A stretch of DNA of 64,000 nt from an uncultured Hormoscilla sp. GTDB lineage: Bacteria; Cyanobacteriota; Cyanobacteriia; Cyanobacteriales; Desertifilaceae. The DNA lies in assembly GCA_963921275.4 (NCBI GenBank), contig OZ001293.3, positions 5,376,001 through 5,440,000 of the forward strand, in the 5' to 3' direction. Every line of letters begins with the position of its first letter. The stretch's first letter is position 1. Positions 1 to 10,199 of the stretch are shown piece after piece. Position numbers and translations under genes: made by a program. Below the pieces are notes generated by a model. It was not told the origin of the DNA, made no database searches, and saw nothing but the letters and a program-made list of their open reading frames with translations.

Positions 1-2007
1 ACAGGATTATCCGCTGATTTTTGTGGATGTAAATTACTCCGGACACCTGTGGATGTATCGGGAAATCAGCGATCGCAAACAGACGGAGTCGGCATTGCGG
101 GAAAGCCAGGCGCGATGGTACAAACTGATTAATAACACCGCTGACGGCATTCTGGTGGTGAACCGGGAGGGAATAATTCGCTTCGTCAACCCAGCGGCAG
201 AAATTCTCTTCGGTTTCCTGGCGAAAGAACTTCTGGGAGAATCATTTGGCATTCCCTTAGAAACCATAGATCGATGGCGAGATTTCCATCATGCAATCAG
301 ACTGCGGCTGGATCACTTTAGACATGCGGGTCGTGGCAATTAACTGGGAGAGCGAACCAGCTTATCTCGCTTCTTTGCGGGATATTAGCGATCGCAAGCA
401 AGCGGAAAAGGAACTGGAACAGGCTAAGGACCAACTCCAGGCTGTCTTAGATGCCGTGCCCGGCCTCGTTTCCTGGATTAGTTGTCCAAACAAAGAAGAT
501 TTAGAGCGCCTGGAATACCTTGGGGTTAACCAACATTTAGCCACTAGCTTCAACCTGGCACCAGAGGCATTTGTCGGTCAAAAGATTTGCTTTCTGAAGA
601 ACCGCACTCAGTTTCCCAAATTGATTCGCCAGTTTTTTGAGTCTGGAGATGAGCATATCTCCCAAGAAGTTACTCTATTTGTAGATGGTAAGCTTCGCAA
701 CTATTTAATTGTGGCTCAGAAGTATCATCAAGGTAAGGCAGCCGTATCCGTAGGGATTGATATTACTGGGCGCAAACAAATAGAATTAGAACTGACTCGG
801 TCGAAACAGTGGCTGCAATATTTACTCGCTTGTAGCCCTGCCGCGATCTACAGTCGCCAGCCGACTGGCAATTACCGCACTAATTTCATCAGCGAGAATG
901 TAGCATCTATGTTAGGGTATGAAGCAGCAGAATTCATGTTAGACAACAGCTTCAGGCTCGATCGCATTCACCATGACGATCTAGAACATATTTTAACCAA
1001 TTTATCAAGGGCATTGCCACGAGGTAATCATAGCCACGAATATCGTTTCCAGCATCAGAATGGCAGCTATCGGTGGCTGTACGAATAATTTAAGCTAGTC
1101 CGGGACACTGAGGGAAAGCAGAGAGAAATAATTGGTTACTGGGCAGACCGAAGAATTGCTCAAAGCTTCCCTAGAAGAGAAAGAAACCCTGCTCAAAGAG
1201 ATTCACTACCGTGTCAAAAATAACCTCCAGATTATCTCCAGCCTACTGCGGTTGAAATACCGAAAAATTCAGGACCAAGAAGCTCTAAAAGCCTTTACAG
1301 AGAGCCAGAACCGGATGCAAGTAATGGTCCTAGTTCACGAGTAGCTCTACCAATCTGATAATCTAGCAGACATTAACTTCCCAGAATATATCCAAATTTT
1401 GGTAGAGAAACTGTTCCGCTCCTACGGCGCGCGTGGTTTAACCTTTAAGGCAATACTCCGGACAGTTTTTAGACCCTATTTCGACTACAACACAAGGGTT
1501 GCAGCCAAAAGCGCCTTATTTTTTTCAATGTCTGCCCCAGGGCTAACTTGCCTAAAATTGCTCTATCGAGCAAAGGCTGACGCTGCGATGCGCGAGGGGT
1601 AGTGCGAGTAGCGCGCCCCGAGTGCATCGCAAGGCTTGCAGCTACGTACAGCCAAAACGGTCCGGACTATTGTTAAGGTAAACATAGAAAAAATATCACT
1701 GGCAATTGATACCGCCATTCCCTGTGGCTTGATCGTCAACGAGCTAGTTTCCAACTCCCTCAAGTACGCCTTCCCAGAGGGTCGCAGCGGGTGGATTTGC
1801 ATTAGCCTGACCAACAGTGACTCGAATGGGTATATCCTCAGCATCAACGATAACGGGGTGGGCATACCAGCAGAGTTCGATTGGACTCAGACCAAATCTC
1901 TGGGCTTGCAGCTGGTGCGCAAACTGACCAACCAGCTAGAAGGTGAGATTTCACTCGCTCGCAGCCAGGGGACTGAATTTAGACTGATATTTAGTAAACT
2001 AACATAG
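1..2007 (+). pseudogene. PAS/PAC sensor histidine kinase (HisKA_2 type), fragmented; 5' end outside window
   Basis: ORF pieces 23-343, 291-1088, 1132-1344 and 1636-2007 carry PAS repeats, an H-box ([17 protein letters not shown]) and HATPase motifs (NELVSNSLKYAF, DNGVG, SLGLQLV). Frameshifts, in-frame stops at 1086 and 1342, and a MITE at 1451-1672. Confidence 0.9.
1451..1672. mobile_element. 222-bp MITE with ~19-bp imperfect TIRs and 6-bp TSD
   Basis: TIRs CAATACTCCGGACAGTTTT / AAAACGGTCCGGACTATTG; TTAAGG duplicated at 1445-1450 and 1673-1678; contains a hairpin element at ~1585-1630. Confidence 0.85.
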
Positions 2008-2019
2008 AAGTAAGCATAG

Positions 2020-2352
2020 GTGAGAACCATGCCCGATATCAAAATCCTGGTGGTTGAAGATGAAGAAGTCGTCGCCTTCGATATCGACACTACCCTGACA
2101 GACCTAGGCTATGAAGTGCCAGCGGCAGTCGCCTATGACGAAGAGGCAATTGAACAAGCCAGTAAAATCCAGCCCGATTTAGTCTTGATAGATATCAGGC
2201 TGAAGGGAAAAATTGATGGTATAGAAGCGGCAGAGGAAATCAGCAAGCGTTTCCAGATACCGGTGGTGTATCTGACGACGCTCCCCAATCTTTCATCTTT
2301 CATTGGTATAATCGCTGCACCACTGATACATCAATTGCCCATCGGCTTGTAG
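2020..2352 (+). pseudogene. Response regulator receiver, C-terminally truncated
   Basis: ILVVEDE...PDLVLIDIRLKGKIDG...IPVVYLT, then unrelated sequence; the K-P motif is missing. Confidence 0.75.
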
Positions 2353-2380
2353 AAAATTGTAGATTCAGGATTGACAAAAA

Positions 2381-2773
2381 ATGGAAAAAAAGCCAGCGAA
2401 AATACTAGTAGTAGATGACGAACAGCTGATAGTAAAGCTGTTTAAGATGTATTTTAACAAAAAGATCAAAGCCAAGCAATATGAGTTAATTTTTGCGAGC
2501 AATGGCAAGGAAGCCATAGCTAGACTCCAAGCTGACAGTGAGATAGATATGATGCTGACGGATGTTAATATGCCGGAAATGGATGGGCTCACGTTGCTAG
2601 CTAAGCTGAATGAAAAAAAGATGAACATTAAAACGGTAGTGATATCTGCATACGGAGATGTAAAAAATATGACAATATCGCAGAATCTTGGTGCTTTTGA
2701 TTTTTTAAATAAGCCAATCGATTTTAAGCAGTTAGAAGGTATTATCACAAGAGCATTAGAAGAGGAGAGGTGA
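2381..2773 (+). CDS. Single-domain response regulator
   Basis: ILVVDDE, DVNMPEMDG, SAYGD and FLNKP make a complete receiver domain. Confidence 0.9.
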   Translation: MEKKPAKILVVDDEQLIVKLFKMYFNKKIKAKQYELIFASNGKEAIARLQADSEIDMMLTDVNMPEMDGLTLLAKLNEKKMNIKTVVISAYGDVKNMTISQNLGAFDFLNKPIDFKQLEGIITRALEEER

Positions 2774-2856
2774 AGAATTAATGATCCAGAGCGTTCGGTA
2801 TTTACGCATATTCAGTGAGACAGATAGCATAATAAGGAATCAAAAAAGGAATTCTG

Positions 2857-3381
2857 ATGATGGCGATCACCAGATATGAAATTAGAGAAAAAATCTATGA
2901 AAGTGCCAACTCCCTGGTGTATAGGGGCTCCAGGCAGTTGGATAACCAACCAGTTATCCTCAAGATGCTCAAACAGGACTATCCGACAAGTGCGGAACTC
3001 ACCCGCTATCAGAAAGAATATGAAATAATTCGCTCCCTGAAGATGGCAGGGGCGATCGCGGCTTATGAGTTACAAAAATATCAGAATACTCTGGTTATAG
3101 TATTGGAGGATTTTGGCGGGTGCTCATTGAAACAATGGCTAGGCGATCGGCGGTTGATGGTAGCAGAGTTTCTCACTATTGCCATTAAGATTACGGCGGG
3201 CCTGCAGGGAATCCACGCTGCCAACGTTATCCATAAGGATGTGAACCCGGCTAATATCGTATTTAACTCAGAAACCCGGCAATTAAAATTCATCGACTTT
3301 GGTATTGCCACGGTATTGTCGCGGTTAAACTCGACCCTGGCCAATCCCAATGTATTAGAAGGTATTCTTACAGGTAAATGA
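2857..3381 (+). pseudogene. N-terminal Ser/Thr kinase part of a kinase/ATPase/His-kinase protein, truncated
   Basis: VILKML, IHKDVNPANI and IDFGIA motifs; breaks at NVLEG. Confidence 0.85.
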
Positions 3382-3683
3382 AGAACTAGATGCTGAAATA
3401 AAAAAAATCAAAAATGCCACTAATAAAATTAAAAATAAGCTTCAAGGCGATCAGGGTTAAAGAAAAGTAAAATTGCTAAAAAATGATAAATATTTGAACA
3501 ATTATCAAAAAAATTGAGAGAAATTAAATAAAAAATTGTTAGGGTAAATGCACGGCATCAAGGAACAGCTACGGAGTATTTACGAGAGATATGAAAAAGA
3601 GGCAAATCCTACCTTTCTTTTAATTTATTGGCTCGGCCAAAGAGTATTTTTGTGTGTGAGGACAATTATTCGATGGTTTGGAG
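3370..3683 (+). mobile_element. Internal ISL3 transposase remnant
   Basis: Homologous to 15030-15355 (GTAAATGAAGA.CTAGAT; GACAATTATTCGATGGTT.GGAG = TIIRWFG). Confidence 0.65.
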
Positions 3684-4541
3684 TTACAACAGGCCCAACT
3701 GCAACTGGTGCAGAGTGAAAAAATGTCCAGTCTCGGTCAGTTAGTAGCTAGTGTTGCTCATGAAATCAACAACCCCGTTGGTTTTATTGCTGGCAATTTG
3801 AGCCACGCCCAAACATATATCCAAGACTTGATTGACCACTTGCAACTCTATCAGCAGCAGTTGGCAGATCCGGGAGAGAAAATTTTAGACCATGCAGACC
3901 AGATTGATTTAGATTACTTGCTCGCAGATTTACCGAAACTCATCTCGTCCATGCAAGAGGGGACTGACCGCATTCACGATATTAGCGCCTCTATGAGGAC
4001 TTTCTCCCGTGCGGATACCTCAAAAATGGTAAAATTCAATATTCATGATGGCATCGACAGCACCTTGCTGATTTTGAAACACTGGCTGAAAGCCAAAGCC
4101 AAGCGTCCTGCCATTGAGATTGTCAAAGAATATGGTGAATTGCCACAGTCGAGTGCTACCCCGGACAACTAAACCAGGTGTTTATGAATCTGATTGCTAA
4201 TGCCATTGACGCCTTGGATGAGTATAATCAAGGGCGAGATTTGGCAGAAATTAACGCCAAGGCCAATCAAATTACCATTCCGCACGGAATTTTCCGCGTC
4301 CAAAAACAGTGTTATAGTTAAGATTAAAGATAATGGTCCAGGCATGTCTGCAGAAGTGCTACAGCGGCTGTTTGACCACTTGTTCACCACCAAACCTCCC
4401 GGAAAAGGCACCGGGTTGGGGTTGTCTATCTCTCGTCAAATTGTCGAGGAAAAACATGGTGGCAAGTTGAGCTGTACTTCCGCACCCGGACAGGGGGCAG
4501 AGTTCGCGATCGTGCTACCAATGCATGAAGTTGATAGTTGA
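3678..4541 (+). pseudogene. Histidine kinase C-terminal fragment, frameshifted
   Basis: QSEKMSSLGQLVASVAHEINNP; HATPase DNGPG and KGTGLGLSIS lie in another frame. Confidence 0.85.
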
Positions 4542-4781
4542 TAGTTGATAGTTGATAGTTGCTAGTTGATACCTTGGTTCCCAGAGGGAGTACGCGGCAG
4601 TGCCTTCCGCGTGCCGCGTCCTTCAGGACAAGAGCACGCGGAAGGTGCTGAGCTTTCGCCACGGACAGCTCTTGTCGCCCTCCGGACGCCTCGGACAGGC
4701 GAAACATCCTATGCAACGGATTGACAAAGAGATACTTTGAGAGTAATACCTATGAGGTAATATAATTCTCAGAAGAGGAAA

Positions 4782-5940
4782 ATGACGCAGACGACTCAAT
4801 CGGGCTTAATTTTAATTGCTGGATCTGATAAGGATACCGAAGTCCTAACCCAGACTCTTTTGGAGGCGGGATTGGTAGTGAAGTCAACTGATGGCGAAAA
4901 GGTAATAGAACAGGGATCTCAGGAGCATCCAGATCTGATACTATTGGACAGGCCAGGAACAGAGGCAGGGTCAACTTGCCAGAAGCTGAAGAATAATCCA
5001 GCAACGGCAGATATACCGGTAATTTCCATCGCCGCCTTGGAGGACAAAGAGAATCAAGTCAAAGCACTGCAGTTGGGAGCAGCGGATTACATCACCAAGC
5101 CCTGGGAACCAGAGGAAGTATTAGCCCGTGTCAAATTGCACTTGCAACTGCGCAATTATACTAAGTTACTGATGGGGATGGACAGAATGTCTAGCTTGGG
5201 GAAAATGGTAGGAGGCGTGACTCACGAAATGAATAATGCTGTGGGCTTAGTCTACGGCAATGTGGACCACGCTAATGACTATGTTAAAGACATGCTCAGT
5301 CTGATTGAAGTCTATCAGGATGAATACCCGGAACCGACGGAGGCAGTGGAGGAGGCTGCTGAAGAAGTTGACCTGGAATTCCTGGTGGAAGACTTGGAAA
5401 AAATGCTCAAGTCGATGAAGAACGGGGCGGAACGGATGCGGGATATCGTTATGTCTCTACAGAACTTCTCCCCCATAGATGAAGAGTCCATGAAGCCAAC
5501 GGATATTCATGAGAGCATTGATGGTGTCTTGGTGATCTTGCACAATATCATTAAAAAAGGCATTGAGGTGGTTAAGGAGTATGGTAAACTGTCAAATGTT
5601 ACTTGTTACCCAGCTCTGTTGTCTCAGGTGTTTATGAATACTATTAATTATTGCTTAGAATCGTTGGTAGCGGCAACTGATGCTAAGTCAAAGCCGACTA
5701 TTACTATTCGCACGGAAATGACTGACTTGGAGGCGATCGTCCGCATCGCTGAGAATGGTCCGGGGATGAGCGCGGATGTAGTCGATCGGATATTTGACCC
5801 GTTCTATACATCTGCGGGCAGGTGGGGCTGTCCGTTGCCCGGAATATAATAGAAGCAAAACATGGGGGTAAGTTGAGTTGTACTTATACTCCGGGAGAGG
5901 GGACGGAGTTTGTGATTTATTTGCCCTTGGGTAATTCATA
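4782..5940 (+). pseudogene. Hybrid receiver-histidine kinase with a late frameshift
   Basis: Receiver plus VTHEMNNA H-box; the ORF stops at 5849 but the KHGGKLSC...GTEFVIYLP tail continues in another frame to TAG 5940. Confidence 0.8.
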
Positions 5941-5949
5941 GCACAGAAC

Positions 5950-5981
5950 GAGCATTACCGGGCGATCGCCTGGTAATGCTC
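5950..5981. terminator. HIP1-centred hairpin, possible terminator
   Basis: GAGCATTACCGGGCGATCGCCTGGTAATGCTC just after the gene end; no U-tract. Confidence 0.35.
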
Positions 5982-6028
5982 GGGGGCGGGTATGGTATAT
6001 TATAGATAGCCATCTACAGTAGCTGAAA

Positions 6029-8758
6029 ATGGAAATCCTCTCGGTTAGTCTGAAGAACTTTAAGTCTCACCAGGATAGGTGTTTTAAATTCCAATCGGGC
6101 ACGAATGCTATTTGTGGCGAAAACGGTGTCGGGAAGACGAGTATCTTAGAGGCGATCGCCTGGAGTTTGTTCACCTACAGCGACTACAGCAAGGATGATT
6201 TGGTGCGCAAAGGGGCCAAGACGGCTCAAGTGACAGTACAGTTTATCTCTAGCTTGGACGGACGCACCTATCAAGTACAACGCTGCACCCGCCAGGGTTA
6301 CAAACTCTATGACCCTCAGCTGAATCAAAAGTTGGACTGCACTAAGCTGGATGACGTACAATACTGGCTGCGATCGCATATGCGCCTAGCTTCCGATACG
6401 GACCTGCCGAAGCTGTTTGCGGAGACGATCGGGATCCCCCAAGGCAGCTTTACGACGGACTTCTTAAAACGGGCAGCCGATCGCAAGAATGTTTTTGACC
6501 CAATTTTAAGAGTAGAGGAGTACAGGCAAGCATTCAGCCAGTCTTTGGATCTGGAACATTATGCCCAGTCTCAAGTGACACAGCTCGAACAGCAAATAGC
6601 ACAATATGACGTGCAGTTGCAAGACTGGGAAGAGTTACAAGAGCAACAGGATCGACTCCAGGGTAAAATTAAGGAAGAGTCAGCCGAGTTGGAGCTGCTG
6701 ACTGTAGAATTGGAGAAGATACGGGGACTCAAAGACCAACTGACTGCAACAGCAGAGCAAATTCAACAGCAAAGGGACCAGTTACAAAAGCTGGAAAATG
6801 AGATGAACGGGCAAGAACAGGCAAATATTTTTCTGCAAAAATCACTTGCCACTGCCCAGTCAGCGGCTAGTTTATGCGAGAGTAATCTGGAAAGCTATCG
6901 CGCCTATCAACAGGCGGAGTCTGTACGACTTGAACTTGACGCCCAAGGTGCTGCTAAACAGAAACTTTTGCAGCAACGGGAGGGTTATCAACAGAGGATA
7001 ACTCAAAGTCAAGCTAAACTGACTCAGTTGCAGTTGCAACTGAAAAGTTTGCAACAGGTTGAGGTAGAAATCGAGCGGCTGAAACCGGCGATCGCCCAGC
7101 AAGAAATCCTAGAGTCACAACAAAAAAAAATCGCAGCACAGTTACAGCAACTACAGGCCGCTCGACTGGAACAGCAAAGTTTGGGCAAGCAGGTGACGAA
7201 ACTTCAACAAGAGCTGCAACCCCTATCGGCAGAGATTAAGCATCTACAGAGTTTAACACCTGTAGTCGATCAGATTCCGGAACTGGAACGCCATCGCGAT
7301 CGCGCTCAGGAACAACTGAGTCGCATAGAAGCAGCTAAACAGTTTGAAGCCGATTTGCGGCAAATTGTCAAGTCCGGAGAGGAAAAGCGCGATCGCTACC
7401 TGGCCCAAGCTCAGAAATTGCTCTTGATGCTGCATAATGGAGAGCAGGTAAAGGCGATCCGCGAGATCCTCCAGATGGGTGCGAGTCTCCATGGGGAAAT
7501 GCTGGCGTCTTTAGGACAGATTTTGCAAGATATCTCAGGGCAAGTTTCAGTCCCACAGTTACAGCGGCAACTGCAAGCATTGCAAGGTCAACTGGATCGA
7601 GCTTATCAATCTAAGGCGTTCTTTGCTACCCTAGAAGCGAAAACGCGGAAGTCAACCCAGCTGCGCCAAGAAATTCAACAGCTGCGAGATCGCATCTTAG
7701 AACTAAATAAATCCCTGAAAGCTGAGCCAACCCTGACAAAAGATCGAGAGGAAATCGAACAGGATCTGCAAGCTTTGAACGACCCCCGTGGTCAGAGTAA
7801 ACTATTAGCAGCTCAATTGCAAACAGCAGCTGCCATCCGGGCCAAGTACGATCGACTTCAGGATGGTGACAGGGAAATTTGGGAAAAAATCGCTCGGATC
7901 GATGGGGAATTGGCCAATTTTGCTGACTTGGAAACAGGCATTGAGTCTCAAAAGCAACTCCAACAGTTGCACCGTTCTGGTTATTTGAGCTATATTAAGC
8001 ATGAGGATGAGGCGAAAAAGCTGCCGACTCTCAAGGGAGAAGTTCGGGAGGCGATCGCCCAACTAGAAACCCTATCAACGCAGCGAGTGGCTGCGCAAGC
8101 AAAACACGACCAATTAGTCCAAAGCTACAATCCCCAACGGTTACAGAAAATCAAACGGGATTATAATACCAAAAGCCATCGCCTGGCCCAACTGGAAGGC
8201 AGTTTGCCTCCCAAGCGCCAGCAGTTAACGGTACTCCTGGCACAGTTAGCTATTCGGCAGCAAGTAGCAGAAAAACGCGATCGGGCTAAAACAGAACTAG
8301 GGGAACGGCGAAAGGTCCAGAAATTCATCCGCGACTTCCGTAAGGTTTATAACCAGGCATCGCCGCGCATTACCAAGTACTATTTAGATGAGATTTCCCG
8401 AGAAGCCGATCGGCTATTTCGCGAACTGCTCAACCGCCAAAATGTGGCCTTGGAATGGACAGAAGATTATGAAATTATGGTGCAAGAGTCCGGATATCGG
8501 CGGGGCTTCAAAAGTCTCTCCGGCGGCGAACAGATGTGTGCCGCCTTAGCTGTCCGCTTAGCCTTGCTGAAGATTTTGGCTAATATTGATGTCGCCTTCT
8601 TTGATGAACCGACTACCAATATGGACCAGTCCCGTCGCCGACAACTAGCAGATGCGATCGCCAACATCAAAACCTTCCGACAGCTGTTCGTGATCAGCCA
8701 CGATGACACCTTTGAAAACATGTCTAACATTATACATGTCAAGCCGAATGGCCCATGA
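6029..8758 (+). CDS. sbcC: SMC-family/SbcC-like ATPase
   Basis: Walker A GENGVGKTS, long coiled coil, LSGGE signature, FFDEPT and ISHD motifs; 909 aa. Confidence 0.9.
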   Translation: MEILSVSLKNFKSHQDRCFKFQSGTNAICGENGVGKTSILEAIAWSLFTYSDYSKDDLVRKGAKTAQVTVQFISSLDGRTYQVQRCTRQGYKLYDPQLNQKLDCTKLDDVQYWLRSHMRLASDTDLPKLFAETIGIPQGSFTTDFLKRAADRKNVFDPILRVEEYRQAFSQSLDLEHYAQSQVTQLEQQIAQYDVQLQDWEELQEQQDRLQGKIKEESAELELLTVELEKIRGLKDQLTATAEQIQQQRDQLQKLENEMNGQEQANIFLQKSLATAQSAASLCESNLESYRAYQQAESVRLELDAQGAAKQKLLQQREGYQQRITQSQAKLTQLQLQLKSLQQVEVEIERLKPAIAQQEILESQQKKIAAQLQQLQAARLEQQSLGKQVTKLQQELQPLSAEIKHLQSLTPVVDQIPELERHRDRAQEQLSRIEAAKQFEADLRQIVKSGEEKRDRYLAQAQKLLLMLHNGEQVKAIREILQMGASLHGEMLASLGQILQDISGQVSVPQLQRQLQALQGQLDRAYQSKAFFATLEAKTRKSTQLRQEIQQLRDRILELNKSLKAEPTLTKDREEIEQDLQALNDPRGQSKLLAAQLQTAAAIRAKYDRLQDGDREIWEKIARIDGELANFADLETGIESQKQLQQLHRSGYLSYIKHEDEAKKLPTLKGEVREAIAQLETLSTQRVAAQAKHDQLVQSYNPQRLQKIKRDYNTKSHRLAQLEGSLPPKRQQLTVLLAQLAIRQQVAEKRDRAKTELGERRKVQKFIRDFRKVYNQASPRITKYYLDEISREADRLFRELLNRQNVALEWTEDYEIMVQESGYRRGFKSLSGGEQMCAALAVRLALLKILANIDVAFFDEPTTNMDQSRRRQLADAIANIKTFRQLFVISHDDTFENMSNIIHVKPNGP

Positions 8759-9173
8759 TAGCGACGATCTCTCATGTAGTATTCAGCCATTTCCTCATAC
8801 CATTTTAATTTAATAATGATACAGTTAGTAGACAGCTCAAGGAGCTCATAACAGAGTTGCCGATTCCCCCCAACCCCCCCTTGCAAAACTATGCCTTACT
8901 CACATATTTTTTAACATTTCGAGGTGGAGCAGGGAGCACCCGAGCAGGGAGCAGGGAGAGGGGAGCACCCGAGCACGTAGCGTAGCGTTAGCCATGTAGG
9001 GATCATAGAGCGCGGTAAAAGTCAAGCCCCAAGCTAACGTTAAGCATCGAAACTCTTGCACCATAAGTCTTTCAAGATTGTAAAGAATTATGTGAGTAAT
9101 GGTAAGCCGTGGCAATTGAATTTCGGGGGGTTTGGGGGGATCTTAACTGTTTCATCACCAAAGAAAATTGGTA

Positions 9174-9725
9174 TCATCCTATTTCGCTAGCATTTTCAGA
9201 AATGGTTAACTGCCGATCCGGCGATGGACTAGCGGCGATCGCTCTCGGACAGGCCCAATTGGCGGGCAGCATCGCTGGCCATCCCCGGCGTAGGGCCTCG
9301 GGACAGATAGTATGAATTGTCAACTGGCAGTCAATCAGCTGCAATCCTGATTTTTCCGCCTGTTTGAGACCTTGTTTTAAGATCGTGTCATTTTTGAACT
9401 CCAGGGTCTGGTTGCACTGCACGCAGACGATGTGATGGTGGTGATGGGGGTAAGGATGGTTGAGTTCATAATGCTTATGCCCTTCTGCCAACTCCAGTTC
9501 TCGCAGGATGCCCATGCGGGTCATCAACTTCACCGTCCGGTAGATCGTGGACAGAGAGATCTGTTCTCCCCGCTGTTGTAAGAGTTCGTAAAGTTCTTCA
9601 GCACTCAGATGGTTGCCTCTCGGCAGATTTTGGAAGACATGCAGAATCGTTTCCCGTTGCGGCGTCAAACGCCAACCCTTTGAATTTAACTCTGCTTTCA
9701 GAGACGAAGCTGTGTACAGAGACAT
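9174..9725 (-). CDS. fur: Ferric uptake regulator (FurA-like)
   Basis: SLKAELNSKGWRLTPQRE, HLSAEE, SLSTIYRT, HHHH.VCVQC. Confidence 0.92.
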   Translation of the reverse strand: MSLYTASSLKAELNSKGWRLTPQRETILHVFQNLPRGNHLSAEELYELLQQRGEQISLSTIYRTVKLMTRMGILRELELAEGHKHYELNHPYPHHHHHIVCVQCNQTLEFKNDTILKQGLKQAEKSGLQLIDCQLTIHTICPEALRRGWPAMLPANWACPRAIAASPSPDRQLTISENASEIG

Positions 9726-9736
9726 CTTAACATACC

Positions 9737-9826
9737 TTCTCAATAAATTATCTTTGTTGAAAATTATAAATCTTTTGCGAGCAAATTGGCAACAAATGGA
9801 TCTAATTGAGAATAACTATTATTAAT
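9737..9826. promoter_or_regulatory. AT-rich Fur-box-like sites upstream of fur
   Basis: TTCTCAATAAATTATC and TTGAGAATAACTATTATTAA; autoregulation is inferred only. Confidence 0.35.
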
Positions 9827-10199
9827 CCCCCAATTCCAGGTTCGTAGTCAGGACTTTAGTCCTGCTGCTGCCGGTGGGTAGCAACTGTATAAACCCAACC
9901 GGCGATCGAGTATCAAGAGCGGTGTCCAAGGGATCGATCGCCAACATTGGTTCAATTCCCGACTGCTGCATTACGGTTTCCGACTGCTGTACTACGACTC
10001 TTGACTGTGTACTACAGTTCCCGACTATGTACTACGGTTTGTGCGATGATTGCACGAACGTCTCCCAATATACAAGGTTGGGTTTCGTGCCTCAACCCAA
10101 CCTTGTATATTGGGAGACGTGATAGACTGCCCCAACCTTGGTCGGAAAAGACCGCTTTGTAGCACGGGTCCCCACAAAAATCTCTCTGATAGAACTCGA

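Noticed and set aside
4531..4570. Short tandem repeats (also ~26666, ~37443, ~62241)
   Set aside because: Common STRR-type repeats of filamentous cyanobacteria; not novel.
9949..10040. tRNA fragment (GGTTCAATTCCC)
   Set aside because: The T-stem does not pair; it is the start of a degenerate ~21-bp tandem repeat.
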